Below, piece after piece: positions 31,563 to 41,538 of a stretch of 64,000 nucleotides of DNA (within the stretch, counting starts at the first letter, position 1; each line of letters opens with the position of its first letter). The translations under genes and the position numbers were made by a program. This stretch comes from Candidatus Cloacimonadales bacterium (GTDB lineage Bacteria; Cloacimonadota; Cloacimonadia; Cloacimonadales; JAFGVF01). Location: assembly GCA_963678315.1 (NCBI GenBank), contig OY782781.1:2112001-2176000 (forward strand), read 5' to 3'. Under the pieces are notes generated by a model. It was not told the origin of the DNA. It ran no database searches and saw only the letters and a program-made list of their open reading frames with translations.

Positions 31563-32715
31563 CTTTTAGAGCTTCTTCTAATCTGTCCATTGCTTCTATT
31601 AGTATAGATTTTGGACAGCCAAAGTTTAATCTCATAAAACCAGTACCATTATTACCAAATGTTATGCCTTGATTAAGAGCAAGCCCAGCTTTATTTACAC
31701 ACAATTCTTTTATTTCTTCATCATTAAGACCTGTCTGTCTAAAGTCAACCCAGGCCAAGAATGTTCCTTCTGGTTTGAGCATTTTAAGCTTAGTAATATT
31801 ATTGATTCTTTCAACAAGATAATCTGCATTTGCTTCTAGATAGACGAGAAGTTCTTCTAACCATGGTTGTCCTTTAGTGTATGCTGAATTAAAAGCAACA
31901 TTACCTATACTATTTGAACCATAAACATGGATATCAAAGAAGTATTTCTTAACCCTTTTGAGAAGTTCTTCATTAGGAACAATCAGTACAGAAGATTGAA
32001 GTCCCGCAATATTGAAAGTTTTACTAGGAGCCATTGCTGTAATAGTAAAGTCAGAGAAATCTTCTAGCATTGAGATAGGTACATGCTTATTTCCCTTATA
32101 AATTAAGTCATTATGGATTTCATCTGAGATGAGAATAACATTATGTTTCTTACACAAACGTCCAAGCTTGAGAAGTTCTTCTTCTTTCCATACTCTGCCT
32201 ATTGGATTGTGAGGAGAACAGAATATCATGACTTTAGCATTAGCTAGCTTCTTATCTAAGTCTTCATAATCCATAGTATAATAACCATCTGTCTCTACAA
32301 GCTCATTAATAAGCAACTCTCTATTATGATTACGTACAGCTTCACTAAAAGGAGCATAAACTGGTTGTTGGATTACAACTTTATCTCCTTCATTAGTAAG
32401 TAATTTTATTAGGAAGTTTATTGCTGGAACAATACCTGGTGACATCTGTAGCCATTCTGACTTAATTGACCAATTATGTCTCTGCTCTACATAGTTTATA
32501 AAATTAGTAAAATAATCAAAACCTTTGAAGTTATAGCCAAATATAGGATGGTCAATTCTTTGCTTGATATCTTCTATAATTTCAGGTGCAGTAGCAAAAT
32601 CCATATCTGCCACCCAAAGAGCAAGCAGATCATCTCTACCATACATAATTTCCATTGCATCGTATTTAAAACATTTACTAGCTTTTCTGTTATATATCTT
32701 ATCAAAATTATACAT
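31555..32715 (-). CDS. MalY/PatB family PLP-dependent C-S lyase
   Basis: [44 protein letters not shown]. Confidence 0.92.
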   Translation of the reverse strand: MYNFDKIYNRKASKCFKYDAMEIMYGRDDLLALWVADMDFATAPEIIEDIKQRIDHPIFGYNFKGFDYFTNFINYVEQRHNWSIKSEWLQMSPGIVPAINFLIKLLTNEGDKVVIQQPVYAPFSEAVRNHNRELLINELVETDGYYTMDYEDLDKKLANAKVMIFCSPHNPIGRVWKEEELLKLGRLCKKHNVILISDEIHNDLIYKGNKHVPISMLEDFSDFTITAMAPSKTFNIAGLQSSVLIVPNEELLKRVKKYFFDIHVYGSNSIGNVAFNSAYTKGQPWLEELLVYLEANADYLVERINNITKLKMLKPEGTFLAWVDFRQTGLNDEEIKELCVNKAGLALNQGITFGNNGTGFMRLNFGCPKSILIEAMDRLEEALKGV

Positions 32716-34679
32716 TATTTCTCCAAAGTGTTTATTGCTAATCCATATTCAATTCCAAAAGGATTAATTGCTAGTTGTTCAATCCCTAGTAATTTATTCC
32801 AAGCTAAAATAGTTGAAATTGATATATATAGTATTTTTTTGTTTAGTTGGTTATTATCAATATCTGTATAAGTAAGTTCTTCATTACTATACATAATTGA
32901 CATGAGCATTTTAGAAAGTTCATTTACATTGAAGTTCTGGACTTCTACTTCATTATAGAAGAAGTCACTATCTTTTAAAATACAATTAATATTCTGATAC
33001 ACTTTACCTATACCACAAGCAAGTTTTACAGTATGGTCTAATATACTGTGTTTTTGTAGTTTAAGTTCTAAATCATCATATATTTCTTTTTGTATATCAA
33101 GAAAGTCATCTGATTGCAATTTATTGTAGTAATAAAGAATACCAGATTGAATACTAATTTTATTTGTTATAGCCCTATTCTTTATTAGACATATTTCAGT
33201 GCTTGAACCTCCAATATCTATAGAATAGAGATTGTATTCTTTAGGCAAACTATTGATTGCTGAAAGACCTCCAAGCTCGGCTTCTAGAGAAGCGTGTATA
33301 AGAACAAGTTCTCTTCTCCAGAGCTCTCTAATCTTAGATTGCACAAGATAGAAGTTCTTGCATATTCTGCCTATATTTGTAGCAACTGCTTGTAATGGAA
33401 TATCTAATACTTGGCACAATTTAAACTGCCAATAACATTTCTCTATTGCTTTATCAATTGCTTGCTCCGTAAGTAAGTTGTCTTTCAAGCCTTTACCTAA
33501 AGCAGTGATAACAATACTTCTTAAGTGTGGTATAACATTATCTCCATCTAGTGAATAAATCATCAATGTTGAATTGTTTGTACCAAAATCCAATGTTGCC
33601 TTTAAGCTAGTGTATCTAGAAAAATAAGTCTTAATCATATCTAAGGCTATTTCTTCATTAGCAGGCTTAAATCTATCATATATTATCTTCTGTGGTATTT
33701 CATTAGGAAGGGTGATATCTAGCTTACCATTTTCAAGTTTGAAATGACTTGATTGAGGATAATGTACTAATTCTGATACTAAAGCATCATCTTCTGGAAA
33801 ATCATCTCTTGTTGCATAACAAAGATATGTTCCGTTGGAAGATACTTCGGCTAAGGTACTATATCCAACCTTAGTGATAACTACATCACAGGCGGATATT
33901 AGTGTTGAAAAGTCCACATCACGTGCTAGAATTTTAACATTAGATCTTACTTCAATATCAGCATTAGTTAAAAAGAAGTATCTATCATCTTGAGTAAGAT
34001 TATTAAAATAGCTAATATCGGATAGAATCCCTCCAAATGAGATTAATACTATAATTTTATCTTTAGGAATATTATATGAAGCACATAGCTCTTCTCTAGA
34101 ATAGTCTTTTATTTTAACAAGATTACCAAACTTAACAGGATTAGCCAAGACCTTAACACTTTCCGGAATTGAGAATGGTAATATATAAGATTTGTCTAAT
34201 CTACTATAAATATCTTCAATCTCCTTGAGTATTACTTTAAACTCATTATCTTCTTTTACAAGAGGCATTCCTCTATAGTTAAAATGCCAGTCAAAATTTG
34301 TTATTGCATATACTGGAATATCAAGTTCATTAGCCGCAATTATTGGTAAAATAGGGACATCTACGACTGCAAAATCTATCTTTTGTGAAGTCATAAAGTC
34401 TTTTTCCTGAGCTACAAAAGCATCTTTATCAGCCCAGAACTCTTTAAGTACTTTTATAGTTTTATCAACATCCGGACTTTTCCATGTTGTTTGAAACATT
34501 CCTGTGTCAGGTTGAATTTCTCTAAATTGAACAAGTCCTGATTCTTGTGGAAAAAGGAATCTTGGTCTATCTGAACAAATAACACACTCTATCCCGAATT
34601 TAATAAATTCATTTACTAATGCTGCTTGCCTACTTGCATGGCCAAAACCATGGGATGTTACATAAATTGCTACTTTCAT
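32715..34679 (-). CDS. Fusion: GT-B glycosyltransferase-like domain + Ppx/GppA-like (ASKHA) domain
   Basis: N-terminal SHGFGHASR, NFDW, SFGG, TKVGYSTLAE; C-terminal LDFGTNNS, AVAT, EAEL, IDIGGSSTE. Confidence 0.75.
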   Translation of the reverse strand: MKVAIYVTSHGFGHASRQAALVNEFIKFGIECVICSDRPRFLFPQESGLVQFREIQPDTGMFQTTWKSPDVDKTIKVLKEFWADKDAFVAQEKDFMTSQKIDFAVVDVPILPIIAANELDIPVYAITNFDWHFNYRGMPLVKEDNEFKVILKEIEDIYSRLDKSYILPFSIPESVKVLANPVKFGNLVKIKDYSREELCASYNIPKDKIIVLISFGGILSDISYFNNLTQDDRYFFLTNADIEVRSNVKILARDVDFSTLISACDVVITKVGYSTLAEVSSNGTYLCYATRDDFPEDDALVSELVHYPQSSHFKLENGKLDITLPNEIPQKIIYDRFKPANEEIALDMIKTYFSRYTSLKATLDFGTNNSTLMIYSLDGDNVIPHLRSIVITALGKGLKDNLLTEQAIDKAIEKCYWQFKLCQVLDIPLQAVATNIGRICKNFYLVQSKIRELWRRELVLIHASLEAELGGLSAINSLPKEYNLYSIDIGGSSTEICLIKNRAITNKISIQSGILYYYNKLQSDDFLDIQKEIYDDLELKLQKHSILDHTVKLACGIGKVYQNINCILKDSDFFYNEVEVQNFNVNELSKMLMSIMYSNEELTYTDIDNNQLNKKILYISISTILAWNKLLGIEQLAINPFGIEYGLAINTLEK

Positions 34680-34681
34680 TA

Positions 34682-35584
34682 TTATATCTTCTTTGCTATC
34701 TCACATGCTAGTATTACATTATTCTTAATCAATTCAATATTGCTATCTAAAGATTTACCTTTAGTAATCTCGTATAACTTGCTGAGTAAGTATGGTGTTA
34801 TGTCCTTGCCTGTAATTCCATCTCTGTCTGCATCAATTAAAGCTTCTTTGATAAATGGATCAATTATTTCAGAAGGAATCTCATTCTCAACAGGTATTGG
34901 ATTTGCTACTAAAATCCCAGAATCAAGGTCTAAAGATTCTTGAGTTCTGTATATTTCAGCTATTAAATCAACACTATCAACCCTTCTTACAGCTAATTCA
35001 GTTTGTCTTGTATAGAAAGCAGGGAAACTCTTTGTTTTATAACCTAGAACCGGAACATTATAGCTTTCTAGTACTTCTAAAGTCTTTGGTAAATCTAATA
35101 TTGCTTTAGCCCCTGCTGATACAACAATAACATTGTTTTCTTTTAATGAAACTAAATCTGCTGATGCATCTAAGCTATTATCGTATCCTCTATGAATACC
35201 TCCAATACCACCAGTGGCAAAGACTTTTAACCCTGCCAATTTAGCAAGTTTAGATGTTGCAGCAACTGTAGTTCCGCCAGTAAGTTTATTAGCCAAGCAG
35301 TAAGCAATATCTCTAACAGATACTTTCTCTACCTGGTCATCTTTAGCAATTTCTTCTAGTATATCTGAGTCTAAACCAATGTGGATTTGTCCATCGTATA
35401 AAGCAATAGTTGCAGGAGTTACTCCATTGTCTCTACAGATTTCTTCTAGCATTTTAGCAGTTTCTACATTTTGTGGGTATGGCATACCGTGTGTGATAAC
35501 TGTCGATTCTAATACTACAATAGGTAGTCCATCAAAAAGTGCATCCTGTACTTCTTCTGAGTAAGTGAAATATTGTGCTATCAT
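34682..35584 (-). CDS. psuG: Pseudouridine-5'-phosphate glycosidase
   Basis: LESTVITHGMPYPQN, TTVAAT, FATGGIGGIHRG, GAKAILD, GKDITPYLL. Confidence 0.95.
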   Translation of the reverse strand: MIAQYFTYSEEVQDALFDGLPIVVLESTVITHGMPYPQNVETAKMLEEICRDNGVTPATIALYDGQIHIGLDSDILEEIAKDDQVEKVSVRDIAYCLANKLTGGTTVAATSKLAKLAGLKVFATGGIGGIHRGYDNSLDASADLVSLKENNVIVVSAGAKAILDLPKTLEVLESYNVPVLGYKTKSFPAFYTRQTELAVRRVDSVDLIAEIYRTQESLDLDSGILVANPIPVENEIPSEIIDPFIKEALIDADRDGITGKDITPYLLSKLYEITKGKSLDSNIELIKNNVILACEIAKKI

Positions 35585-35587
35585 AGT

Positions 35588-38452
35588 CTACTTCCTACTA
35601 GTAATTTTCTTATTTGTGAAGATTTCATTGTCAATTAAAGCTCCCTTATCAACCTCTTCAAGACTTAAACCATTCCATTTAAGAATTACCCATGAATACT
35701 GAGTAAAGTTGAATATATTAGAAGGTGAGCCTATACTATTTTCATCATTCCATAGCCAGAAAGATACAGACTTATCTCTAGCAAAAGGACTTTCCATATT
35801 CATAATTAGAGAATATTCATCTTCATTATAGACTTTTCCTTTTACTTCGAAGAAACCTTCATCGAAAGCAAAACCTGGTATCATTCTTTCTGCAAAGAGA
35901 GGGAACAATGGGTTTTGAGTGTATTCTCCCATAAAGAGTAAGGATTCCTTTCTCCAGTCAACACTGTTGATTGCTTCGATTGGAAACATAGAAAGCTCAA
36001 CACCATTTTTCTTTAAAGTATTCGGTACAGAGTATATATCTTCAAAGTTGTCAGCTGATTTTTGAACTAGGCACAGAGGCTTATCTAAAAATGTTCTTCT
36101 TAATCTATAATTGTTCTCATAGGCAGATAATCTACGATACAGCTTATACTCTGGATCTAAAATTACCTCATCAGCTTCAAAAGCAAATTCTAAACTAGTT
36201 ATTTCTTTATTTATTCTGTGCTGAGCAACAATAAAATTCTCTTCGTTGATAAGTTTAACATCAAGTACAAAATCTTTTAATTTCTTATTGTTTTGGATAA
36301 TCTCTACTCTTGTCATACCATCTTTAACTACTGCACTTTTTACTAGCACATTTATAGGATAAATATCATCAATAAAGTTATTTAAATTAGGTAATTTAGT
36401 TAAGGAAGTAAGCTTAGTAAAGAACTCACGTCCTGATAAAGAGTTATTGTTATCAAGAATTGTATTTAAAGCATTGAAGAAGCCATATTCTCCAGCTTGA
36501 TCTTTAATATAGTATAAGAGCATAGCTCCAACTTTAAAGCCCATTATAGCGTCGAATTTACTTGTAGGAAGTTCAAAGTTGTATAAATCATAAAACTCAT
36601 CAAGTGGCATAGCTGTAATATCTTCTAAAGCATCTTTTCTCCACATGGGAGCTTCTGGAGCACGATTCTTTTCTAACCAATAATAATTAGAAATAAAGTT
36701 TGCTAATATTTCTGTCCAATTACCATCACTCTTATCCCATTGACATCTTGAATTAATCCACATTCTCGCTAAATCATGACCTAGAACACCTGGAGATGTA
36801 AATATCTCATTGCTTTTAAATACAGAATTATCAACTAGCAATACATTTTCATAATATTTAAAATCTCTATCTGCTGATTGCACAATGCTTAAATTATCAA
36901 AAGCAAAGGGACCAAAATAGCTAGTATAATCGTTAAAATATTGTTCTACAGCATATTCATATTCATCAATAAGAGCGAATTCATTCTCATAACAGAAGAT
37001 AGTTACTTTAGTATCTCCATACTGGAATGACTTTGATATATATAAATCACCTACTATTTTTAAGCTATTAACTTTGTTACTTGGTTTCCATGTATAATAA
37101 ATTGTATTGTTCTTGAAAGGAGAGATAGTTAAATTACCAGGAGCAATAAATTTATACTTATTTGGTGCAATAGCTGACACTTCAAAGTTGCTTTTTTCCC
37201 CTAATTTAATAAATGGATGCCATTGATATTCATCTAAAGCAATATATGTTATTTTGTTTTTAAGGAGAGGGTATTTATAAATATAAACAAGGGTAATATT
37301 CTTTACATCCATATTGATTAATAATTTGTTATATTCATCATTTAAATCAACTATGTCAAACTCAACTTCTTTCTTGTCTACAAGAACTTTAGCCACTGCT
37401 ATTTCTTTTGATAGGTAGATTGGTGAATCTCCAATATTATCTGAAAATGTGATTTCATCTGAAGCGTTAAGCAATCCTACATTAGGTTCTGGAATGAAAG
37501 ATATTTTATGTTTTAAAATAGACAAATCTTTCATATCTTCACCTTTATCGTCAGAAAATTCTTCAATAAAGAGACTGTCCTGTTTAATTACTATAGTGAA
37601 GTCTCCATGGCCTTTATAGGAAGTATGCCATTGGATGTCTTGATTATAATCTATATAAATGGGACTAATAATAGTCTTTTTTAAGAGAGGATTAAGATAT
37701 TGAAGCTTTTCTGGAATACCGTAGCCAAATCTAGAATGGAATGAACCATTTATATGAAAGATCTTGCTATTGTGGTGATACTCAAGAAAATCAAATATAC
37801 TTTCGGCCATAGTATCATCTTTCAGACAGTTTGCCTGAAACATTCTTTCTATTAGCAATTCTCTAGTCTGTGAATCAAACTCTAGCGTATCCTGGCTCAT
37901 AAGTTCAGATATAAAATTGCTTTTGTAAAGGTAGTTTATTGCATTAGTTTCTCTAGCAAGCAAATTGGATTCATAATCAGGTAAATTTTTAACAGATTCT
38001 AAGCCTTCTTTAATTACTTTGGCAACATACTTTCTTGGTAAACTTGTAGCTATAACTTTGATACTATCATTTTTAGCTATATTTACTAGAGGAGAATAAT
38101 CTGTAAGATAATTCTTCCATAATCTACTATTTGAGTCTAATTGTTCAAATGAATATTCACCATATATAAACTTATCTAAGGCATCTTGAGAATCACGTTC
38201 AAACATTTCCATAGCTAGTACAAAAGTAGAATCTATCTCTAATACTCTTTTAAATGTTTCTTGTTCAATATAATGCTGTAATGAATCACTATGGTTTTCA
38301 CCGAAGAATACAACATCACTATAAACAATTCTACTAGCGAGTTCATCAATAGTAATTTCATTACCCGTTGAGGAATCAAACATTTTGTATTCTTTACTAA
38401 ATAAGCATAATACCGACATTAAAACAGCAAGTAACACTAAAAATCTTTTCAT
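35588..38452 (-). CDS. Secreted ChaN-domain protein fused to a degenerate M1 aminopeptidase-like module
   Basis: N-terminal FFGENH, MEMFERD, Q.CLKDDTMAESI, HINGSFH. The C-terminal part has GHDLARMW/WTEILA in place of HEXXH/NEG. Confidence 0.7.
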   Translation of the reverse strand: MKRFLVLLAVLMSVLCLFSKEYKMFDSSTGNEITIDELASRIVYSDVVFFGENHSDSLQHYIEQETFKRVLEIDSTFVLAMEMFERDSQDALDKFIYGEYSFEQLDSNSRLWKNYLTDYSPLVNIAKNDSIKVIATSLPRKYVAKVIKEGLESVKNLPDYESNLLARETNAINYLYKSNFISELMSQDTLEFDSQTRELLIERMFQANCLKDDTMAESIFDFLEYHHNSKIFHINGSFHSRFGYGIPEKLQYLNPLLKKTIISPIYIDYNQDIQWHTSYKGHGDFTIVIKQDSLFIEEFSDDKGEDMKDLSILKHKISFIPEPNVGLLNASDEITFSDNIGDSPIYLSKEIAVAKVLVDKKEVEFDIVDLNDEYNKLLINMDVKNITLVYIYKYPLLKNKITYIALDEYQWHPFIKLGEKSNFEVSAIAPNKYKFIAPGNLTISPFKNNTIYYTWKPSNKVNSLKIVGDLYISKSFQYGDTKVTIFCYENEFALIDEYEYAVEQYFNDYTSYFGPFAFDNLSIVQSADRDFKYYENVLLVDNSVFKSNEIFTSPGVLGHDLARMWINSRCQWDKSDGNWTEILANFISNYYWLEKNRAPEAPMWRKDALEDITAMPLDEFYDLYNFELPTSKFDAIMGFKVGAMLLYYIKDQAGEYGFFNALNTILDNNNSLSGREFFTKLTSLTKLPNLNNFIDDIYPINVLVKSAVVKDGMTRVEIIQNNKKLKDFVLDVKLINEENFIVAQHRINKEITSLEFAFEADEVILDPEYKLYRRLSAYENNYRLRRTFLDKPLCLVQKSADNFEDIYSVPNTLKKNGVELSMFPIEAINSVDWRKESLLFMGEYTQNPLFPLFAERMIPGFAFDEGFFEVKGKVYNEDEYSLIMNMESPFARDKSVSFWLWNDENSIGSPSNIFNFTQYSWVILKWNGLSLEEVDKGALIDNEIFTNKKITSRK

Positions 38453-38464
38453 TTACTATTTCCC

Positions 38465-39367
38465 TTACTTCTTTTCTTCTTCTCTTTCTATTATAATGAT
38501 AAAATCACCTAATGATTTATAGTCATCTTTCCAGATAAGTTCTTGACCTATCTCCATGGCAACTGGGGCAATTACAGCAACTTTCAAATGGTTGTTTAGC
38601 AGTTTTACTTTCTGAGCTGTTCCTAAGTGAGATGTAGAGTGAAACTCTCCATTGATATGTAAAACTTTTGCCTTAGGATTTTCTGCTAAATATTCTACTA
38701 TTGATTCAGCCATTGTATCATCTTTTAAACACTGAGCTTTGTAGAAATTCAATATCATTTGATCTTTCATTTTCATTCCATGAGTCTTCATTGATTGCAT
38801 GGTTTCATAGAAATTTACTTTATATTCATCATCTAATACTACAAGTTTATTAGCAACATACTTCTTTTCATCTTCAGAGATTCTATCCAATGCTTCTTGT
38901 CCTTGCATTGCTATAGAAGAAGCATATCTTCTTGGAACGTTTGCTGCTATCACATCATGTTTATTCTTGATTGCTATCTGTAGAAGTGGTTCATAATCTT
39001 CTTTGTGATTAGGCCATAATCTTGCTTTTTCAGAGAAAGTTTTATAATCAATTTTACCAGTAATATATTCATCTAGTTCTTGTTGATTGTCTCTCTCAAA
39101 CATTTCCATAGACAAAGCTAGCTTGTCACAATTCTTACTAAAAGATGAATAAATTTCTTCTTCTAAGCTATGCAATAAAACATCATCATGATATTCACCA
39201 AAAAAGATAACATCATAATCTTCAAATTGCTCAACAAGAGACTCAACATCTTCTATCTGTTTACCAGTTTTTGAATCATATATTCTATATTCTAAGCTGT
39301 TTACCGAACAGATAGACAATAAAATTACCATTACTACAATTATAATATTTGCATTCATATTATTCAC
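38465..39367 (-). CDS. ChaN family (heme/iron-uptake-related) exported protein
   Basis: FFGEYHDD, LSMEMFERD, AANVPR, AQCLKDDTMAESI, HINGEFH. Confidence 0.88.
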   Translation of the reverse strand: MNNMNANIIIVVMVILLSICSVNSLEYRIYDSKTGKQIEDVESLVEQFEDYDVIFFGEYHDDVLLHSLEEEIYSSFSKNCDKLALSMEMFERDNQQELDEYITGKIDYKTFSEKARLWPNHKEDYEPLLQIAIKNKHDVIAANVPRRYASSIAMQGQEALDRISEDEKKYVANKLVVLDDEYKVNFYETMQSMKTHGMKMKDQMILNFYKAQCLKDDTMAESIVEYLAENPKAKVLHINGEFHSTSHLGTAQKVKLLNNHLKVAVIAPVAMEIGQELIWKDDYKSLGDFIIIIEREEEKK

Positions 39368-39962
39368 CTCTTATTTTGTATTCAATTTTATTACTATTTT
39401 TCAATTCTTCTAAATAATCTATTAATTCGGAAGAATGATAATCTTTAATTTTTATAGTTAGTTCTACATTTGCTGAATATTGATAATCAATAATATCTAG
39501 TTCAAACTGACCAAGTCTGTGTTCTAAAATATTCTTAAAATCATAGCCTAAAGTAACTATGTAATAATTATAATCTACTAATTCTTCAAGGCCATTTAAT
39601 TCAATACCTTTTTCTACAGTTTCTCGATAGGCATCTATTAAGCCTCTAATTCCTAATTTAACTCCTCCAAAATATCTAGTAACTACTGCAACAACATTAG
39701 TTAGTTCAAAGTGATTTAGAGCATTTAGCATTGGTTTACCTGCAGTTCCAGAAGGTTCTCCATTATCAGATGAATGAGCGTATTCCCCACCCTTGCCTAC
39801 TACATAAGCCCAGCAGTTATGATTTGCTGTCTTGTGTTCTTTGCTAATGTCATGAATAAAGTCTTTAGCTTCTTCTGGACTTTCTATATATTTGAGATAG
39901 CAGATAAACCTACTTCTCTGTATCTTATGTTCAAAAACTTCTTCTTTTGATATTCTATTCAT
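39360..39962 (-). CDS. yigZ: YigZ/IMPACT family protein
   Basis: SRFI, HNCWAY, DNGEPSGTAGKP, VTRYFGGVKLG.GL..AY. Confidence 0.93.
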   Translation of the reverse strand: MNRISKEEVFEHKIQRSRFICYLKYIESPEEAKDFIHDISKEHKTANHNCWAYVVGKGGEYAHSSDNGEPSGTAGKPMLNALNHFELTNVVAVVTRYFGGVKLGIRGLIDAYRETVEKGIELNGLEELVDYNYYIVTLGYDFKNILEHRLGQFELDIIDYQYSANVELTIKIKDYHSSELIDYLEELKNSNKIEYKIRGE

Positions 39963-40118
39963 ATTAGTTATTAAATTTCCTCTTATAACATATATTGATA
40001 AGGGGCTAAATTAGTCAATGATTAACACTATAAATTGAACACTGAATTCTTATGCTTTTGTGATAAATCGCTTTGTTTTGGTTAAATGCTGTAATTATTT
40101 AGCAAAAATCCTGTATGT

Positions 40119-40427
40119 CTAAGTCAGCATCTTTTCATTAACTGATTGTACTTTGCCTTTGATTCTATTTTGCTTAGAAGCCCTAAAATCTATTTTTATA
40201 GTTATTCCTATTCTTTCATATTCTGCACCGAATTTGTAGAATATTCTTCTAACAAGGTCCATAACATGGTCATATTTACCTTCTAGTACAGAACCCATTG
40301 GTGTTAAAAGGTGCTGAACTTTTTCATCAGCATTTATAACATCAAGAACTTGAGCTACAAATGGAGATAGGCTAGTTCCTATATCATAAGTTACTACTAC
40401 TAATTCACATATTATATTTGTATTCAT
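40119..40427 (-). CDS. MTH1187/YkoF-like thiamine-binding protein
   Basis: GTSLSPFVA, LTPMGSVLEG, IKIDFR...KVQSV. The likely start is ATG 40427 after an AAGGA RBS. Confidence 0.85.
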   Translation of the reverse strand: MNTNIICELVVVTYDIGTSLSPFVAQVLDVINADEKVQHLLTPMGSVLEGKYDHVMDLVRRIFYKFGAEYERIGITIKIDFRASKQNRIKGKVQSVNEKMLT

Positions 40428-40463
40428 TATACTTTTCCTTTTATTAATTATAAGGCATTGGTC

Positions 40464-40505
40464 AAGGTCCTCCTGCATTAAAAGGCTTCTTTATGCAGGG
40501 GACGG
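40464..40505. repeat. Dispersed palindromic repeat, copy 3
   Basis: aaggtcctcctgcattaaaaggcttctttatgcaggggac, same family as 6965 and 14413. Confidence 0.7.
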
Positions 40506-40546
40506 TTAAGATCTAATAAGCTGATCTTACTAGAAGTATTCATCAC

Positions 40547-41455
40547 TTAGGTTGAACTCTGTTGATGCTTACGCTAAAGGCTACATCCAAATACAAGCAA
40601 GATGCTTGTACACCTAGAAAACTTTCGTAGCCAAGGATGGCTACAATCCACACAATCTGATGGAGTGTAAGCATCCACCGTTTAGGTTGAACTCTGTTCA
40701 TGTTTACGTAAAAGGCTAAACCCAAATAAGCAAGATGCTTATGCACCCAGAAAACCTTCGTAGCCAAGGATGGCTACAATCCATTTAATCTGATGGAGTG
40801 TAAGCATCCACCGTTTAGGTTGAACTCTGTTCATGTTTACGCTAAAGGCTACATCCAAATATAAGCAAGATGCTTGTACACCTAGAAAACTTTCGTAGCC
40901 AAGGATGGCTACAATCCACACAATCTGATGGAGTGTAAGCATCCACCGTTTAGGTTGAACTCTGTTCATGCTTACGCTAAAGGCTACATCCAAATACAAG
41001 CAAGATGCTTGCAACCCAAAAGACAATCGTAGCCAAGGATGGCTACAATCCATTTAATCTGATGGAGTGTAAGCATCCACCGCTTAGGTTGAACTCTGTT
41101 CATGCTTACGCTAAAGGCTACATCCAAATACAAGCAAGATGCTTGCAACCCAAAAGACAATCGTAGCCAAGGATGGCTACAATCCATTTAATCTGATGGA
41201 GTGTAAGCATCCACCGTTTAGCTTGAACTCTGTTCATGCTTACGCAAAAGGCTACATCCAAATACAAGCAAGATGCTTATGCACCCAGAAAACCTTCGTA
41301 GCCAAGGATGGCTACAATCCATTTAATCTGATGGAGTGTAAGCATCCACCGCTTAGGTTGAACTCTGTTCATGCTTACGCTAAAGGCTAAATCCAAATAC
41401 AAGCAAGATGCTTGCAACCCAAAAGACAATCGTAGCCAAGGATGGCTACAATCCA
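40547..41455. repeat. Tandem array of ~134-bp composite REP-like units (6 full + 1 partial)
   Basis: Unit starts (ttaggttgaactc) at 40547, 40682, 40815, 40950, 41084, 41218 and 41353. Each unit has three palindromes: aagcaagatgctt, gtagccaaggatggctac and gtgtaagcat...atgcttacgc (the last spans the unit junction). Confidence 0.95.
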
Positions 41456-41486
41456 TGAAAACAACTTACCAAGCCAAGAATGAGTA

Positions 41487-41513
41487 TACCAGAGTGCGGT
41501 TTAGACACTCTGG
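41487..41513 (-). terminator. Stem-loop after the dehydrogenase operon
   Basis: ccagagtg-cggtttaga-cactctgg; the U-tract is weak. Confidence 0.45.
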
Positions 41514-41538
41514 CATTTAACTCTGTATTTAAATATTA

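Noticed and set aside
40543..41390. Short ORFs (67-104 aa) within the tandem array
   Set aside because: They are by-products of the repeat; unit lengths of 133-135 bp do not keep frame and no RBS is evident.
40547..41455. CRISPR array
   Set aside because: The constant part is ~116 bp, the variable blocks are only 17-18 nt and are reused (three types), and no cas genes are adjacent.
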